A stretch of 64,000 nucleotides of DNA, taken from Bythopirellula sp. (lineage in GTDB: Bacteria; Planctomycetota; Planctomycetia; Pirellulales; Lacipirellulaceae). The translations under genes and the position numbers were made by a program. This document shows positions 1 through 10,333 of the stretch, in pieces (position 1 is the first letter of the stretch; the number at the start of each line of letters is the position of its first letter). The DNA lies in contig OZ244170.1 of assembly GCA_965216565.1 (NCBI GenBank), positions 1,152,001 through 1,216,000 of the forward strand, read 5' to 3'. The notes beneath the pieces are model-generated. The model was not told the DNA's origin and searched no databases. It saw only the letters and a program-made list of their open reading frames with translations.

Positions 1-537
1 TTCACTGGATCACTGGCTGGGATCCATCAGACACAGGCTTCCAATAGCTAATAGAGCAATCAGACTTTTTAATGATTCGCAGCAGTGTATTATGCTCGAA
101 ATCTCAACTTCTGAATGCCATTTAGCATTTCTCAAAGCTGAGAAATGCAAGGCTTTGGGGCAGGGGACAACTAGGCCTCGTCGAATCGGGCAGCCAAAGT
201 TGCCTCGATGCCGCTCGTCACGTTGTCTAGAACAATCCTGGTGATGGGTCCTTAACTTTGCGATTACTAGAAATGCCGATTATAATTCCATACGAAAGCC
301 CGGGTTCGACTATTCCGGCCCATTTTTTCCAAATTCCCTGATTGCTGGCTTTTCGTTCTTCTCTTCGTGGATGCATGAAAGTATGTAGATTTGTGAACCA
401 GATTTTATCTAGGAAACGAAAGCGGTCGTAAAGGTATGAGAAAGCAAGACTTGCGTGCACCATCCGATAAATCTGTTCGGGAGGATCCAGGGCTACATTT
501 CCCCTTTCGACTGCTTGCCAGCAGAGGATGAGAAACC

Positions 538-1344
538 ATGTTCTCTTTCTCTGAGCGGGCGAACCCTGGTACGGGAATAGAGCTAGGCTGCTGTTTAATT
601 GACCGTGAAACGGGGAAAATCAAATTTTCAGATCGCAGATTCGACGAATGGACCAAATCAGTCTTAGGGCTAAGTACCCTGACCGAGATTGCCAGCTTCT
701 TGCCGGAGTTCCAAACGTCTGAGTTCTTTGGCAAAGGGCAACACTGCTTCAAGGAAGTAGTTGTTGCAGGCCCTCTCATCACAAAGCTCTCGGTGCAATT
801 GGAAGCCGTTGAACTAGAGGGCGATGGGAATAGGGTTACCTTGCTAAGGTTCTATTCCGAGCACCCGCGGAAGGACATTGGGAATCACGATTCTCTGACG
901 GGCTTGCCGGACCGTAGCGCCCTCACTGAATACGTCGAGCATCTAACGTCACGCATTCCATTTGTCCCATACGTTTTGCTATTCTTGGACTTGGATCAGT
1001 TCAAGCAGATTAACGATGAGCATGGCCATAGAGCGGGAGACTTAGTGCTCATTGAAGTAGTGCGACGTTGGAAAGAGGCACTCCGTTCTGAGGATTTTGC
1101 CTGCCGCTATGGTGGCGACGAATTCGTGATTGTTCTATCGGGGATCAATCAGAGAGAGAATGTTTCTCAGATCGTAGACCGCCTGAAAGCCTCGACTGCC
1201 GAGCCAGTAGTTCTTCAGAAACAACAGGTTTCAACTACGGTTTCCATCGGGACTGTTCTGGCGGACAAGCCGTCGGTAAGCCTCAATGAGCTGATTGATA
1301 CTGCGGATAGAGCGATGTATGAGCGAAAGCGTTCGTCGCCCTAA
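538..1344 (+). CDS. Diguanylate cyclase (GGDEF domain) with a short N-terminal region, possibly PAS-like
   Basis: DSLTGLPDR, FLDLDQFKQINDEHGHRAGD, intact RYGGDEF, RxxD I-site (RSED), ADRAMY. Confidence 0.92.
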   Translation: MFSFSERANPGTGIELGCCLIDRETGKIKFSDRRFDEWTKSVLGLSTLTEIASFLPEFQTSEFFGKGQHCFKEVVVAGPLITKLSVQLEAVELEGDGNRVTLLRFYSEHPRKDIGNHDSLTGLPDRSALTEYVEHLTSRIPFVPYVLLFLDLDQFKQINDEHGHRAGDLVLIEVVRRWKEALRSEDFACRYGGDEFVIVLSGINQRENVSQIVDRLKASTAEPVVLQKQQVSTTVSIGTVLADKPSVSLNELIDTADRAMYERKRSSP

Positions 1345-1511
1345 CATCGAGTTGTGGCCCGAGGGAAAATTTCAGCCCCTAAAAACCACAATCGGGGGGG
1401 AAGCACGAACCTGGTTTATACGCAAAAGTGTCAAATCGCTGTTGATAGCATGATTGCTAAGTGCATAATCAGCGGCATGCAGAAAGTCACTAGTTTTATC
1501 CGGCAAAATTA

Positions 1512-1540
1512 TTGACAGGCTATGGAAATAGCATTACATT
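1512..1540 (+). promoter_or_regulatory. Putative sigma70-type promoter
   Basis: TTGACA (1512-1517), 17-bp spacer, TACATT (1535-1540) in an AT-rich intergenic region. Confidence 0.55.
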
Positions 1541-1637
1541 GCTCGGAAAGCAGCAGTTTTTGTCCTTTCACAATTTCGGTATTGATCTAATTATCTAGAA
1601 TTCAGTACAAGTCCTCCCTAGGGTAGGTACCGCTAAT

Positions 1638-1714
1638 AAAGAAGCGATTTTCAGGTTCTTATTCTTCGCCGCATTGGCAAATGCGCGAAATAAGGCCCTG
1701 GAAATCGCTTTTTT
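1638..1714 (+). terminator. Long hairpin followed by a T-run (terminator, attenuator or sRNA 3' end)
   Basis: AAGCGATTTTCAGG...CCTGGAAATCGCTT arms with inner pairing CTTATT-CGC/GCG-AATAAG, followed by TTTT. Confidence 0.55.
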
Positions 1715-2049
1715 CGTTGATGTATCGAATCTTAAGGAGCAGAAACGCAGAGTGAAATTGCCTAGAGCGTTAGGCAGTTTGTGTGCGTTTGAGGTAAAGC
1801 TAATTAAGTAAACCGGCGCTTCTATAAGTCCCTATTCAGACTGCCAGGTCAGTCTGTCGTCGTGGATTTATGGCAAGCGTTTTCTTTTTTGTATTTAGCT
1901 CCAATCAAGAGCCAAGGAAGGATTGCTGGTTGGATTTCATTTGGTGCAACGCTCACTAGTTTCAAGGCACCGGTACAGAGACGCGTTGCAGGGGTTTGAG
2001 CAGGCTAGTTTTGCTCGCTTGCAGTTTTCTAATATTCTGGAGAGACCTA

Positions 2050-2808
2050 ATGTTTTACAGCTATTGTTACAAGTTCTCCTTGTTTCTAGTGCTAACTTTC
2101 GCAATTGTTTCGTCAGCGTCCGCTGACCTGATTCATCCCGACGTGATGGGGGATACGGTTTGGTACACATCAATTTCAGAAGGCTCGCCAACAGGTGATC
2201 CGCTGCCTCTCTATGGTGCACCCTCGGTTGCAGGGAACGTACTCACCTTTCCTACCACGGGAAGTTTCTCTGCCACATCAGCGGCAGGTAGTGGCCCTGA
2301 CCAGACAGATGGCAAGTTAACTTTCATGGTCGAAGCCAAGCCAGGCCAAGAGCTGGCAGGCATCGGCTTCAATGAAGTTGGTCTAACTCGTCTCGCGGCA
2401 CCGTTTGGTGGAGACGCTTTCTCAAACGTCGAAGCATTTGCTGTCATTGAAATCAACAAGATTGACGGCAATATCGTCAACGAGCCTTCTATCACTGAGT
2501 TCTTCGATTTCACCCCGAACGACGTGTTTCAGCACTCAGTCGATGCCACTGGGCCCGTTTTCTCCAGTGCATGGCGTGGAACTGCTGGAGTTCGGTTTCG
2601 CCGACCGGTGACCAAAGTTACCGTCACATTGAATAATATCCTGCTTGCCGCCACGACGGACGACGTAGGCACAGCAGCTTTGATCGATAAGAAGCAATTC
2701 CGCGTGCGAGTCCCAACACGTGAGATTATTCCCGAGCCCACAACTGTTGTATTGGGCTGCGTCTTCGGACTGATGGCGATTGTATTGCCAGCCTCCAGAA
2801 GACTCTAA
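2050..2808 (+). CDS. PEP-CTERM sorting-domain surface protein
   Basis: Signal peptide ending ASA-D; C-terminal IPEPTTVVLGCVFGLMAIVL followed by basic tail RRL; ATG at 2050 preceded by GGAGAG. Confidence 0.88.
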   Translation: MFYSYCYKFSLFLVLTFAIVSSASADLIHPDVMGDTVWYTSISEGSPTGDPLPLYGAPSVAGNVLTFPTTGSFSATSAAGSGPDQTDGKLTFMVEAKPGQELAGIGFNEVGLTRLAAPFGGDAFSNVEAFAVIEINKIDGNIVNEPSITEFFDFTPNDVFQHSVDATGPVFSSAWRGTAGVRFRRPVTKVTVTLNNILLAATTDDVGTAALIDKKQFRVRVPTREIIPEPTTVVLGCVFGLMAIVLPASRRL

Positions 2809-2846
2809 GCTGAGGAACTAGCGACTCGTCGCTGATAACGATATAC

Positions 2847-2886
2847 AAATAGCGGGCGATCTATTCTTTAGGTCGTCCGCTATTTT
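2847..2886 (+). terminator. Rho-independent terminator
   Basis: AAATAGCGGGCGATCTA-ttctt-TAGGTCGTCCGCTATTT stem-loop after the PEP-CTERM gene. Confidence 0.65.
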
Positions 2887-2970
2887 GCTGCGCCAAATAG
2901 CCTACGATCGTGGGGGTCTACGACCGTGGCCAAGAATCACATTAGACCGTCGTGGATGAATTGAGTTGAT

Positions 2971-4701
2971 ATGACGAATCGAGACATCGCAGCTGTATTT
3001 GAGCAGCTTGCCGACTTGCTGGAATTTCAGGGCGCCAACGCATTCCGAATCCGTGCCTATCGCGGCGGTGCCCGACGTATCGCGGATCTGAGCGAGCCCA
3101 TTTCTGCCATTGCCGAGGACGACTCGCGAAATCTCACTGATTTGGAAGGCATTGGTAAAGACCTGGCTGAAAAGATCAAAACACTGTTGGCTACGGGCAA
3201 ACTTCCGCAATTAGAGGAACTATTATCCGAGATCCCTGAGTCAGTGCTGGCGATACTCCGGGTGCCTGGGCTAGGGCCCAAGAAAGCCGCAGCGCTGTAC
3301 CGCGAGCTTGATGTGACAACGCTGGACGACTTGAAGCAGGCTTGCGAAGCACACCAAGTCCGCGAGCTCAAGGGGTTCGGCCCCAAAACCGAAGAGACGA
3401 TTTTGAAGGGCCTAGATATCGCCGCCCAGGCCGAAAAGCGAACGCGTTGGGCGGATGCGGATGTCATTGTTCAAGAGCTATTAGCCCATTTGCGTGCGGT
3501 CGATGGAATAGAGCAAATGGAAATGGCTGGTAGTTACCGCCGCGGCTGCGAAACGATTGGCGACCTCGACGTGCTCGTCGAAGCCAACGACAGTACCGAA
3601 GTGATGGATCGCCTGGAAGAATTTCCTGGCATCTCAGAAGTCATCGTGCGTGGCGAAACCAAGATGTCGATCCGCCTTGCTAGTGGAATCCAGATCGATT
3701 TGCGGGTGGTCCCGGGAGAATCTTTTGGAGCCGCGTTACAGTATTTCACCGGTTCGAAAGACCATAACGTAGAAGTTCGCGGCCGGGCCAAGCAGCAGGG
3801 ACTGAAGGTAAACGAGTGGGGCGTGTTTCGTGTTTCCAGTGAGGATGATGAGCAGTATGTCGCTGGACGAACTGAATCTGAAGTCTACGAGGCCTTAGGA
3901 TTACCTTTATTCAGCCCTCAGATTCGCGAAGCTCGCGACGAGTTCGCTCTAGCCGAAGCAGGGGAGTTGCCCACGCTTGTCGAGCTGGCTGACATCTGCG
4001 GAGATCTCCACATGCACACGACTGCCAGTGATGGTAAGGCGACACTGGACGAGATGGTGGCAGCCGCACAGCAGCGAGGTTTGCAGTACATCGCGATCAC
4101 CGATCATTCGCAGCGAGTGTCGATGGCAGGTGGTCTTGATCCAGGTCGACTGCGTCAGCAATGGGAGGAAATCGATGAGCTCAAAGATCGCATAGACGGG
4201 ATAGAAGTCCTTAAAGGAATCGAATGTGATATCCTAGAGAAAGGTGGTATGGATCTGCCTGATGACGTACTAGCTGAGGCCGATTGGGTGATCGCTAGTG
4301 TTCACTATGGCCAGAATCAATCTGAGAAACAGATCACGGAACGCATCTTGGGTGCCCTCGAGAACCCGCACGTTGATATCTTAGCCCATCCCACAGGCCG
4401 ACTCATAAACCGACGCGAGCCCTACGAAGTAGACATGGAGCAAGTGTTTACGGCTGCCGCGAAGTACGGCAAGTGTCTTGAACTCAACGCCAACCCGGCC
4501 CGACTCGATTTGCACGATATCCACTGTGCTGCCGCCAAACGTCATGGAGTCCCGATCGTCATTAGCACGGACGCCCACCATACCGGTGGACTGGACGTAA
4601 TGCGGTACGGCATCCTCCAAGCTCGCCGCGGTGGATTAACTGCCGCAGATGTGGCCAATACCCGAAGCTGGGAAGATTTTGCGGAGTTGTTAAAGGACTA
4701 G
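2971..4701 (+). CDS. polX: DNA polymerase X / 3'-5' exonuclease (PolX-PHP)
   Basis: NAFRIRAYR, HhH GIGK and GLGPKK, AGSYRR..GDLDVL catalytic motif, YFTGSKDHN, PHP motifs DLHMHT, TDHS and TDAH. Confidence 0.95.
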   Translation: MTNRDIAAVFEQLADLLEFQGANAFRIRAYRGGARRIADLSEPISAIAEDDSRNLTDLEGIGKDLAEKIKTLLATGKLPQLEELLSEIPESVLAILRVPGLGPKKAAALYRELDVTTLDDLKQACEAHQVRELKGFGPKTEETILKGLDIAAQAEKRTRWADADVIVQELLAHLRAVDGIEQMEMAGSYRRGCETIGDLDVLVEANDSTEVMDRLEEFPGISEVIVRGETKMSIRLASGIQIDLRVVPGESFGAALQYFTGSKDHNVEVRGRAKQQGLKVNEWGVFRVSSEDDEQYVAGRTESEVYEALGLPLFSPQIREARDEFALAEAGELPTLVELADICGDLHMHTTASDGKATLDEMVAAAQQRGLQYIAITDHSQRVSMAGGLDPGRLRQQWEEIDELKDRIDGIEVLKGIECDILEKGGMDLPDDVLAEADWVIASVHYGQNQSEKQITERILGALENPHVDILAHPTGRLINRREPYEVDMEQVFTAAAKYGKCLELNANPARLDLHDIHCAAAKRHGVPIVISTDAHHTGGLDVMRYGILQARRGGLTAADVANTRSWEDFAELLKD

Positions 4702-4752
4702 GTTCGAATCATGCCGTCGATCGTACGTAACTCAGAAAAAGAGTTCACAAAA

Positions 4753-4780
4753 TAGCCGGAGGCACACTTGCCTCCGGCTA
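4753..4780. terminator. Hairpin between convergent genes (probably a bidirectional terminator)
   Basis: TAGCCGGAGGCA-cact-TGCCTCCGGCTA perfect 12-bp stem. Confidence 0.7.
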
Positions 4781-4829
4781 CAGAATACTGAGACTCGGTA
4801 GTAGGCCAGTCGCGGTGCCTGACCTGCGG

Positions 4830-7800
4830 CTAGTGGCTCTTGCTAGGCAAGAGTTTGCCTCTGGAGAGTAACCCTCGTGTCGTGCGATAGGCACCAACCA
4901 TTGCAGGCTGCACGCTGTATGCCAGAGAGTAACAGACTGGGATCACCACGAGTGTGAGGACCGAAGCGAAAGCGAGTCCAAAGACCACAGCTGCCGTGAG
5001 AGGTTGCCAGAACTCGGCACCCCCCGAGATGTTTAGTAGCAATGGCAAGAGCCCGCCGATCGTGGAGACGGTCGTCAACATGACCGGCCGTAATCGGTTG
5101 ACTCCGGCTTCAACAACGGCTTCCCGAAGGGGCATGCCTCGCTTGCGGGCTTGATTCGTAAAGTCAACCAGCACGATCGCGTCGTTCACCACGATGCCGG
5201 TTAGACTCACTAAGCCAATGAACGAAGCGAGGCTAAACGGAAAGCCACAGAACCACATGCCGACGACCACACCGATAAAGCTCAGCGGGACAGTAATCAT
5301 CACAATGCCGCACTGACGAAAACTGTTGAACTGGGTGACGAGAATGCAGAAGATAAGGATCACTCCCAACGCCATGCTATAAAGCAGGTAGCGGAAGTTC
5401 TTGTCGCGCTCTTCGTTTTCGCCTGCAAACTGGGCTTTGATTCCTTCCGAGGGTGTAGTGGGCGTGCCGACGAACACCATCGAATTGCCTTTTACCGGCT
5501 GAAAACCTAAGTTCGGTAGCACATCGTTGCGGAGAACTTCGAATACGTCGTCCGGAAGAGTTGGTTTTACAACGTCGCATTGAGCAAGCACGGCTCGGTC
5601 TCGCTCGTATCGATTGATGCTGTAGAGACCCACATCGTTGCGAATGTCGGCGAGCTGAGAGATTGGAGCCTTGCGGCCGTCGGGGGCCGTGATCATCAAT
5701 CGCTTCAGGCTACTGGGATAACGCTGATACTCTGGCGCTAATTGGAGTCGCAGCGTGACATCTTCGTCATCGAGTGTAAGCTGAATTTGCGAGTCCCCGG
5801 CAATCGCTACTTGGACAGCTTGAGCGATCTGAGCCTCAGTCATTCCGTAGAGCCCTACAACATCCGGCTTCGGTTCGATTATCAACTCGGGATTATCAGG
5901 ACGGAAATCTGTCGAGGCATCGACGGTACCATCGATCATCTTCAGTTTCTTTTCGATGAATTCGCCAAGTTCCCCCAAACGGTCGAGGTCATCCCCGGTC
6001 AGCCGAACGGCTACATCGGAACCTGCAGGAGGGCCGTCTTCGACTTGCTTAATCGAAAACTTCATGCCGGGCAAAGGCTGAATATCGCGGCGGAGGGAAT
6101 CGATGATTTCCATTTCGTGGATTGAGCGATCTAGCGGCGAGAGCAACTCCACCATCACTTCGCCAAATTCAGGCCCAGTAGCCGTGTCATTTTCGATACG
6201 AGTCGCCAATCCCCCGGCAGAGCCTACCGCTGTTACGTAGTGTTGTAGCACCCCGCGCTCTTCCCATTTCCGCAGCGGCTCGACAATGGATTGCGAGGCA
6301 GCAAGCGTTTCTTCGATGCTGTAGCCCAGCGGGAGTTCGTACTTGATGCTGAACTGACCGCGATCGCTAGGAGGAAAGAACTCGAAACCTAGTTCACCAA
6401 ATAGGGTTCCCGCTCCTACCAGTGCCAGTGCGCAAAGGACCAACACGGCGTAGCGATTGGAAAGTGCGAAGTTCAAAACCTTGGCATAAATCCGCGTGCC
6501 TAATCCAAGGTTGGGACGGATATGCGTAGCCACGTCTGCTGTCTGGGCAGACGATCCGTTCGATACAACCGCCAGCACAGCCGTTTGGTCTTGCTTCGGC
6601 TCTTGCTTGCTGTACCACCTTGCTGCGAGGGTCGGAATCACAAAGTGATCGACTAGCACGGAGCCGAGCAGGGCAACGCTCACGACTTTGGGCATCACGC
6701 CCATAAAGTCTCCCATAATACCCGGGACCAATGTCATCGGCAAAAAGGCCGCGATCGTCGTGAGGTCTGCCGCAATCACGGGAAGTCCTACTTCTTCGAT
6801 GCCTACTTTCGCAGCGGTTGTAGGATCTTCACCTCGTTCAATATGTCGGTGAATATTCTCCGCCACGATAATGGCACCGTCGACGACCATTCCCAGCACT
6901 AGTATGAAGCTGAAGACAACCATGTTTGAGATCGGAATCTCGGCGAAATATAGAAACACTAGTCCCACTGCCGAACTGAACGGTATCGCGATCAGCACGA
7001 GAATCGAAATCCGCAGGCCCATCGTCCATGCCAGAATTACAAGCACCAGCATGGCACCGAACAAGGCACTGGAGCCCAGTACGCGGAACATGATCCAAAT
7101 CTCCTGCGAAGTATCGCGTGTCGGAGAAAAAGCAATGTCTGGATACTGCTGCCGAAGGTCTTCCAGTAACGCATTCACATCCTGAGCCGCCCCAAGCGTG
7201 TTGATGTCGGCTTCTTTGCGGACAACAATCGTGGCACAGTCCTTGCCATCGAATTGTGCCATGTTTTGCAGGCGTCGATACGTATCTATCACTTCGGCGA
7301 CGTCGCGAACCCGGATGACGCGCCCGTCGATACTGCTGACAACCGCTTCTCGGATGTCGTCCACTCCCCGAAACTTCGCTTCGTTGCGGATGGTGCGGTC
7401 GATGGTATCTGTATCGAAGGCACCGGCAGGGATCTTGGCATTGAAGTCGGCCAACGCCTGGCGGATTTGACGCAGCGTTAGACCGTACTGGGTCATTAGA
7501 TCGGGATTCACGTTTACATGAATCTCGCGTTCCTTACCGCCGAATAGTTGGGTATTGGCGATTCCATCGACTTCTGAAATTTGCTCCTCGACGTCCTCGG
7601 CAATTTGCTTGAGCGCCCGCTCGTCGAACCCTGGTGGACCCGCCAAGGTGACCAGCATTAAGGGGGCTCCCTCGAAATCGATCTTGATCACTTGTGGCTG
7701 AATTTCTCGACCGAGCGGAAGCTCGTTCCGGATGCGGTCCACTAGGTCTTTTACTTCTCGTTTCGCTTCGTCGGGATCAACCCCATCGAGAAACACCACC

Positions 7801-8075
7801 TGCGTAATGGAAGCACCGCGCAAGCTTGTCGAAGCCATAAAGTCGACGCTTTGTAGCTCTGTCAACGCTTCTTCCACCTTGCGGGCAATTTCGTTCTCCG
7901 CTTCGGTAGGTTGCGCATCGGGATACGGTATCGCTACCAAGACCACGGCTTTCGTGATCGCCGGGGTTCGCTGCACCGGAGTAAACGACATGGCATAGAG
8001 AGCCAGAAACAATACGAAGAGCGTCGCTACAAGGACGAAGCGTGGATGATCAATTGCTTGAGAGCTTAGCTTCAT
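4830..8075 (-). CDS. RND efflux transporter permease subunit (AcrB/AcrD/AcrF family)
   Basis: 1081 aa; [26 protein letters not shown] and RLRPVMLTT motifs; two large periplasmic loops. Confidence 0.95.
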   Translation of the reverse strand: MKLSSQAIDHPRFVLVATLFVLFLALYAMSFTPVQRTPAITKAVVLVAIPYPDAQPTEAENEIARKVEEALTELQSVDFMASTSLRGASITQVVFLDGVDPDEAKREVKDLVDRIRNELPLGREIQPQVIKIDFEGAPLMLVTLAGPPGFDERALKQIAEDVEEQISEVDGIANTQLFGGKEREIHVNVNPDLMTQYGLTLRQIRQALADFNAKIPAGAFDTDTIDRTIRNEAKFRGVDDIREAVVSSIDGRVIRVRDVAEVIDTYRRLQNMAQFDGKDCATIVVRKEADINTLGAAQDVNALLEDLRQQYPDIAFSPTRDTSQEIWIMFRVLGSSALFGAMLVLVILAWTMGLRISILVLIAIPFSSAVGLVFLYFAEIPISNMVVFSFILVLGMVVDGAIIVAENIHRHIERGEDPTTAAKVGIEEVGLPVIAADLTTIAAFLPMTLVPGIMGDFMGVMPKVVSVALLGSVLVDHFVIPTLAARWYSKQEPKQDQTAVLAVVSNGSSAQTADVATHIRPNLGLGTRIYAKVLNFALSNRYAVLVLCALALVGAGTLFGELGFEFFPPSDRGQFSIKYELPLGYSIEETLAASQSIVEPLRKWEERGVLQHYVTAVGSAGGLATRIENDTATGPEFGEVMVELLSPLDRSIHEMEIIDSLRRDIQPLPGMKFSIKQVEDGPPAGSDVAVRLTGDDLDRLGELGEFIEKKLKMIDGTVDASTDFRPDNPELIIEPKPDVVGLYGMTEAQIAQAVQVAIAGDSQIQLTLDDEDVTLRLQLAPEYQRYPSSLKRLMITAPDGRKAPISQLADIRNDVGLYSINRYERDRAVLAQCDVVKPTLPDDVFEVLRNDVLPNLGFQPVKGNSMVFVGTPTTPSEGIKAQFAGENEERDKNFRYLLYSMALGVILIFCILVTQFNSFRQCGIVMITVPLSFIGVVVGMWFCGFPFSLASFIGLVSLTGIVVNDAIVLVDFTNQARKRGMPLREAVVEAGVNRLRPVMLTTVSTIGGLLPLLLNISGGAEFWQPLTAAVVFGLAFASVLTLVVIPVCYSLAYSVQPAMVGAYRTTRGLLSRGKLLPSKSH

Positions 8076-9394
8076 TTTGCGGGCCGCCCGAATGAGACTT
8101 CGATTGGCTGTTTGGGATCGTCCACTCGGAGCTCCCCAGGGGACGGCTCGGGCAGATTGCTAACCCGTACTGCTTGTTTATCCGCAAGTCGCAGGTGTCC
8201 CCGAACCACCACGGCATCGAGTTGGACGTCACTGGCAGGGAGTATGACATATGGCCCCTGGTCGACCCATTTGTCGAGATTCACCTGATGGGCACGTTGT
8301 AACTGGGTCGTGCCTAGATCCCAATAAAGCAATTCCAGTTCCGTGGGTTCAGCTCGCACCGTGAACAAGTGGGCACGGCGGCCTCGATAAATAACAGCTT
8401 CGGCCGGAACGCGATAACCAGGAATTCTTTCTGTCACCAGATCTGCGGTGGCCACCATGCCGGGGCGTAAAAGCCGTTCGGCATTAGGCAGCCGAACCTC
8501 GACTTCGAACAGCCCAGTGCGAGCATCAGCAACTTCGGCAATATGAAAGACTTCTCCCAATAGTGGTGGCCAAGGGTTCCCAAAGCGATCGCGCCCCTCC
8601 AATCGAACATGGGCTCGGAATTTTTCGTCTTGCGATTTTGCGGCGTCGGTCGATCCAGATTGATTCTCGATTTGGCGCTGACGTGCCTCAAGTTCACGTA
8701 TCCGAGATTCTGGCACATCGACTACAAGTAGCACGTCACCGTTTTCAACCAGTTCGAAGACCTGTTGATGAGCGGTCACGGATTCACCCTGTTTGACCAT
8801 GCGTTTTGAGATTGTCGCATCCACTGGCGACCGAAGTGTGGCATCTTCCAGGTTTTTCACCGTCACTTCATACTGTGCCTCGGCTAAGGCTTGGGTTGTG
8901 ACAAGGCTTTGAATCTCTGCCTCGGTGATCGCAGCCGGGTTTGACTGACGCACTCGCTCAGCCCGTTGTACATCGGACTGGGCTTGCGCAACTCGGGCTG
9001 CTGCTTCTCGCTCCTGGGCTTGGTAGACACGTTGATCCAAGGTTGCCAAGACTTGGCCTTTCGCAACTCTATCGCCTTCATCGAGTTCGTTGCCTTGATC
9101 GTTCTGGCCGAGTGATGCGACGCGGCCTGGCACTTCGAAGCCTATTTGGTACGTTTCCCAAGCACGAATCTTTCCTGAGAAGGTGGAGTAGATCTCGCAC
9201 ATCTGAACTTGCAGTGGCTCGATTTCCACAAGCGCTTTGCTTGCAACCACCGCTGGGAGTTTGCGCTGCAAGAGTTCGTCTTGAGATGCGTTGACGTCCG
9301 CTTTGGAGCTCAGCTTCCACATGACCCACACGGCAGCAATCGTCACAGCGATCAATACAACGTAGTGAAGTATCTTTTCCGTCAGGGCTTTCAT
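8072..9394 (-). CDS. RND efflux periplasmic adaptor (membrane fusion protein)
   Basis: N-terminal TM anchor, lipoyl-like [15 protein letters not shown] and [15 protein letters not shown]; overlaps the permease start by 4 bp; start 9394 chosen over 9439. Confidence 0.9.
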   Translation of the reverse strand: MKALTEKILHYVVLIAVTIAAVWVMWKLSSKADVNASQDELLQRKLPAVVASKALVEIEPLQVQMCEIYSTFSGKIRAWETYQIGFEVPGRVASLGQNDQGNELDEGDRVAKGQVLATLDQRVYQAQEREAAARVAQAQSDVQRAERVRQSNPAAITEAEIQSLVTTQALAEAQYEVTVKNLEDATLRSPVDATISKRMVKQGESVTAHQQVFELVENGDVLLVVDVPESRIRELEARQRQIENQSGSTDAAKSQDEKFRAHVRLEGRDRFGNPWPPLLGEVFHIAEVADARTGLFEVEVRLPNAERLLRPGMVATADLVTERIPGYRVPAEAVIYRGRRAHLFTVRAEPTELELLYWDLGTTQLQRAHQVNLDKWVDQGPYVILPASDVQLDAVVVRGHLRLADKQAVRVSNLPEPSPGELRVDDPKQPIEVSFGRPAK

Positions 9395-9592
9395 CTGAGG
9401 TAATGCAATAAGAGGAAGGCGGCGGGAGAGAGGTTCCACAGGAAGGCGGGAGATGTGTTCCTTAAATTATGATAGGTAGCCAGCACGAGAGCGGCAATGG
9501 GAAAAGGGATCTCGCACGGAAATCCACAAGCTCGCTATGCTGTTTGAATGACGGATTACGGAGAATTCAAACAGAATGCGTTTTGACCTCGA

Positions 9593-10300
9593 TCAATTCC
9601 TCAATCCCTCGAACAGTAGCGATCCGACCCGCACCATGGTGGCCCCTTCGCGGATGGCGACCTCAAAGTCGTGACTCATACCCATGGAAAGATGGGAGAG
9701 ATCAAATGACCCTGCAAATTGCTTGCTCAGACGATCGCGTAGCTCTCGTAGCGATTCAAAATTGCTGGCAGCTACAGACTCCCCACCTTCTCTGGCAGCC
9801 ATCGTCATTAGCCCGCAAACTTCGAGATGCTCTAAGGGTTCTAACTGTGGTAATAACTGTCCCACTTCGCCAGACGTCAGGCCATCCTTAGATTCGTCGC
9901 CGGAGCAGTTGACTTCCAACAAAATCTTGGCTCGGCGTCTTATTGCTTTGGCTTCTTTGTCAATCGACTGGGCAAGACGGAAACTATCGACGCTGTGGAT
10001 CAAATCGACCAGAGGCAATGTTCGGCGAACTTTATTGCGTTGGAGGTGTCCGATCATATGCCAACGCGCAGAACCTAGAAGCTCGTGATCTGCCTTGTCC
10101 CAAAGTTGCTGAGGCCGACTCTCGCCCAGGCAGTCGCAGCCAGCGTTTATTAGTGCAGCGGCCTCCTCAGCCTCGACGTATTTACTGACGCCTACCAGTA
10201 GAATGTCGTCACTATTTCGACCCGCTTGAGTCGCGGCGTTGGCGATGCGGTCGCGGACGCGGGCCAAGTTGTCGGCAATGATTCCAGAGGCATCAGACAT
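9593..10300 (-). CDS. yggS: PLP homeostasis protein, YggS family
   Basis: VGVSKY, GESRPQ, WHMIGHLQRNKV, GLMTM, LSMGMSHDFEVAIREGATMVRVGS. Confidence 0.95.
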   Translation of the reverse strand: MSDASGIIADNLARVRDRIANAATQAGRNSDDILLVGVSKYVEAEEAAALINAGCDCLGESRPQQLWDKADHELLGSARWHMIGHLQRNKVRRTLPLVDLIHSVDSFRLAQSIDKEAKAIRRRAKILLEVNCSGDESKDGLTSGEVGQLLPQLEPLEHLEVCGLMTMAAREGGESVAASNFESLRELRDRLSKQFAGSFDLSHLSMGMSHDFEVAIREGATMVRVGSLLFEGLRN

Positions 10301-10333
10301 GTTTTCATCAGCCAGTCACACGGGTGCGACGAT

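Noticed and set aside
1860..2000. Sigma54 promoter for the PEP-CTERM gene
   Set aside because: TGGCAAG near 1870 lacks a correctly spaced TTGC -12 element.
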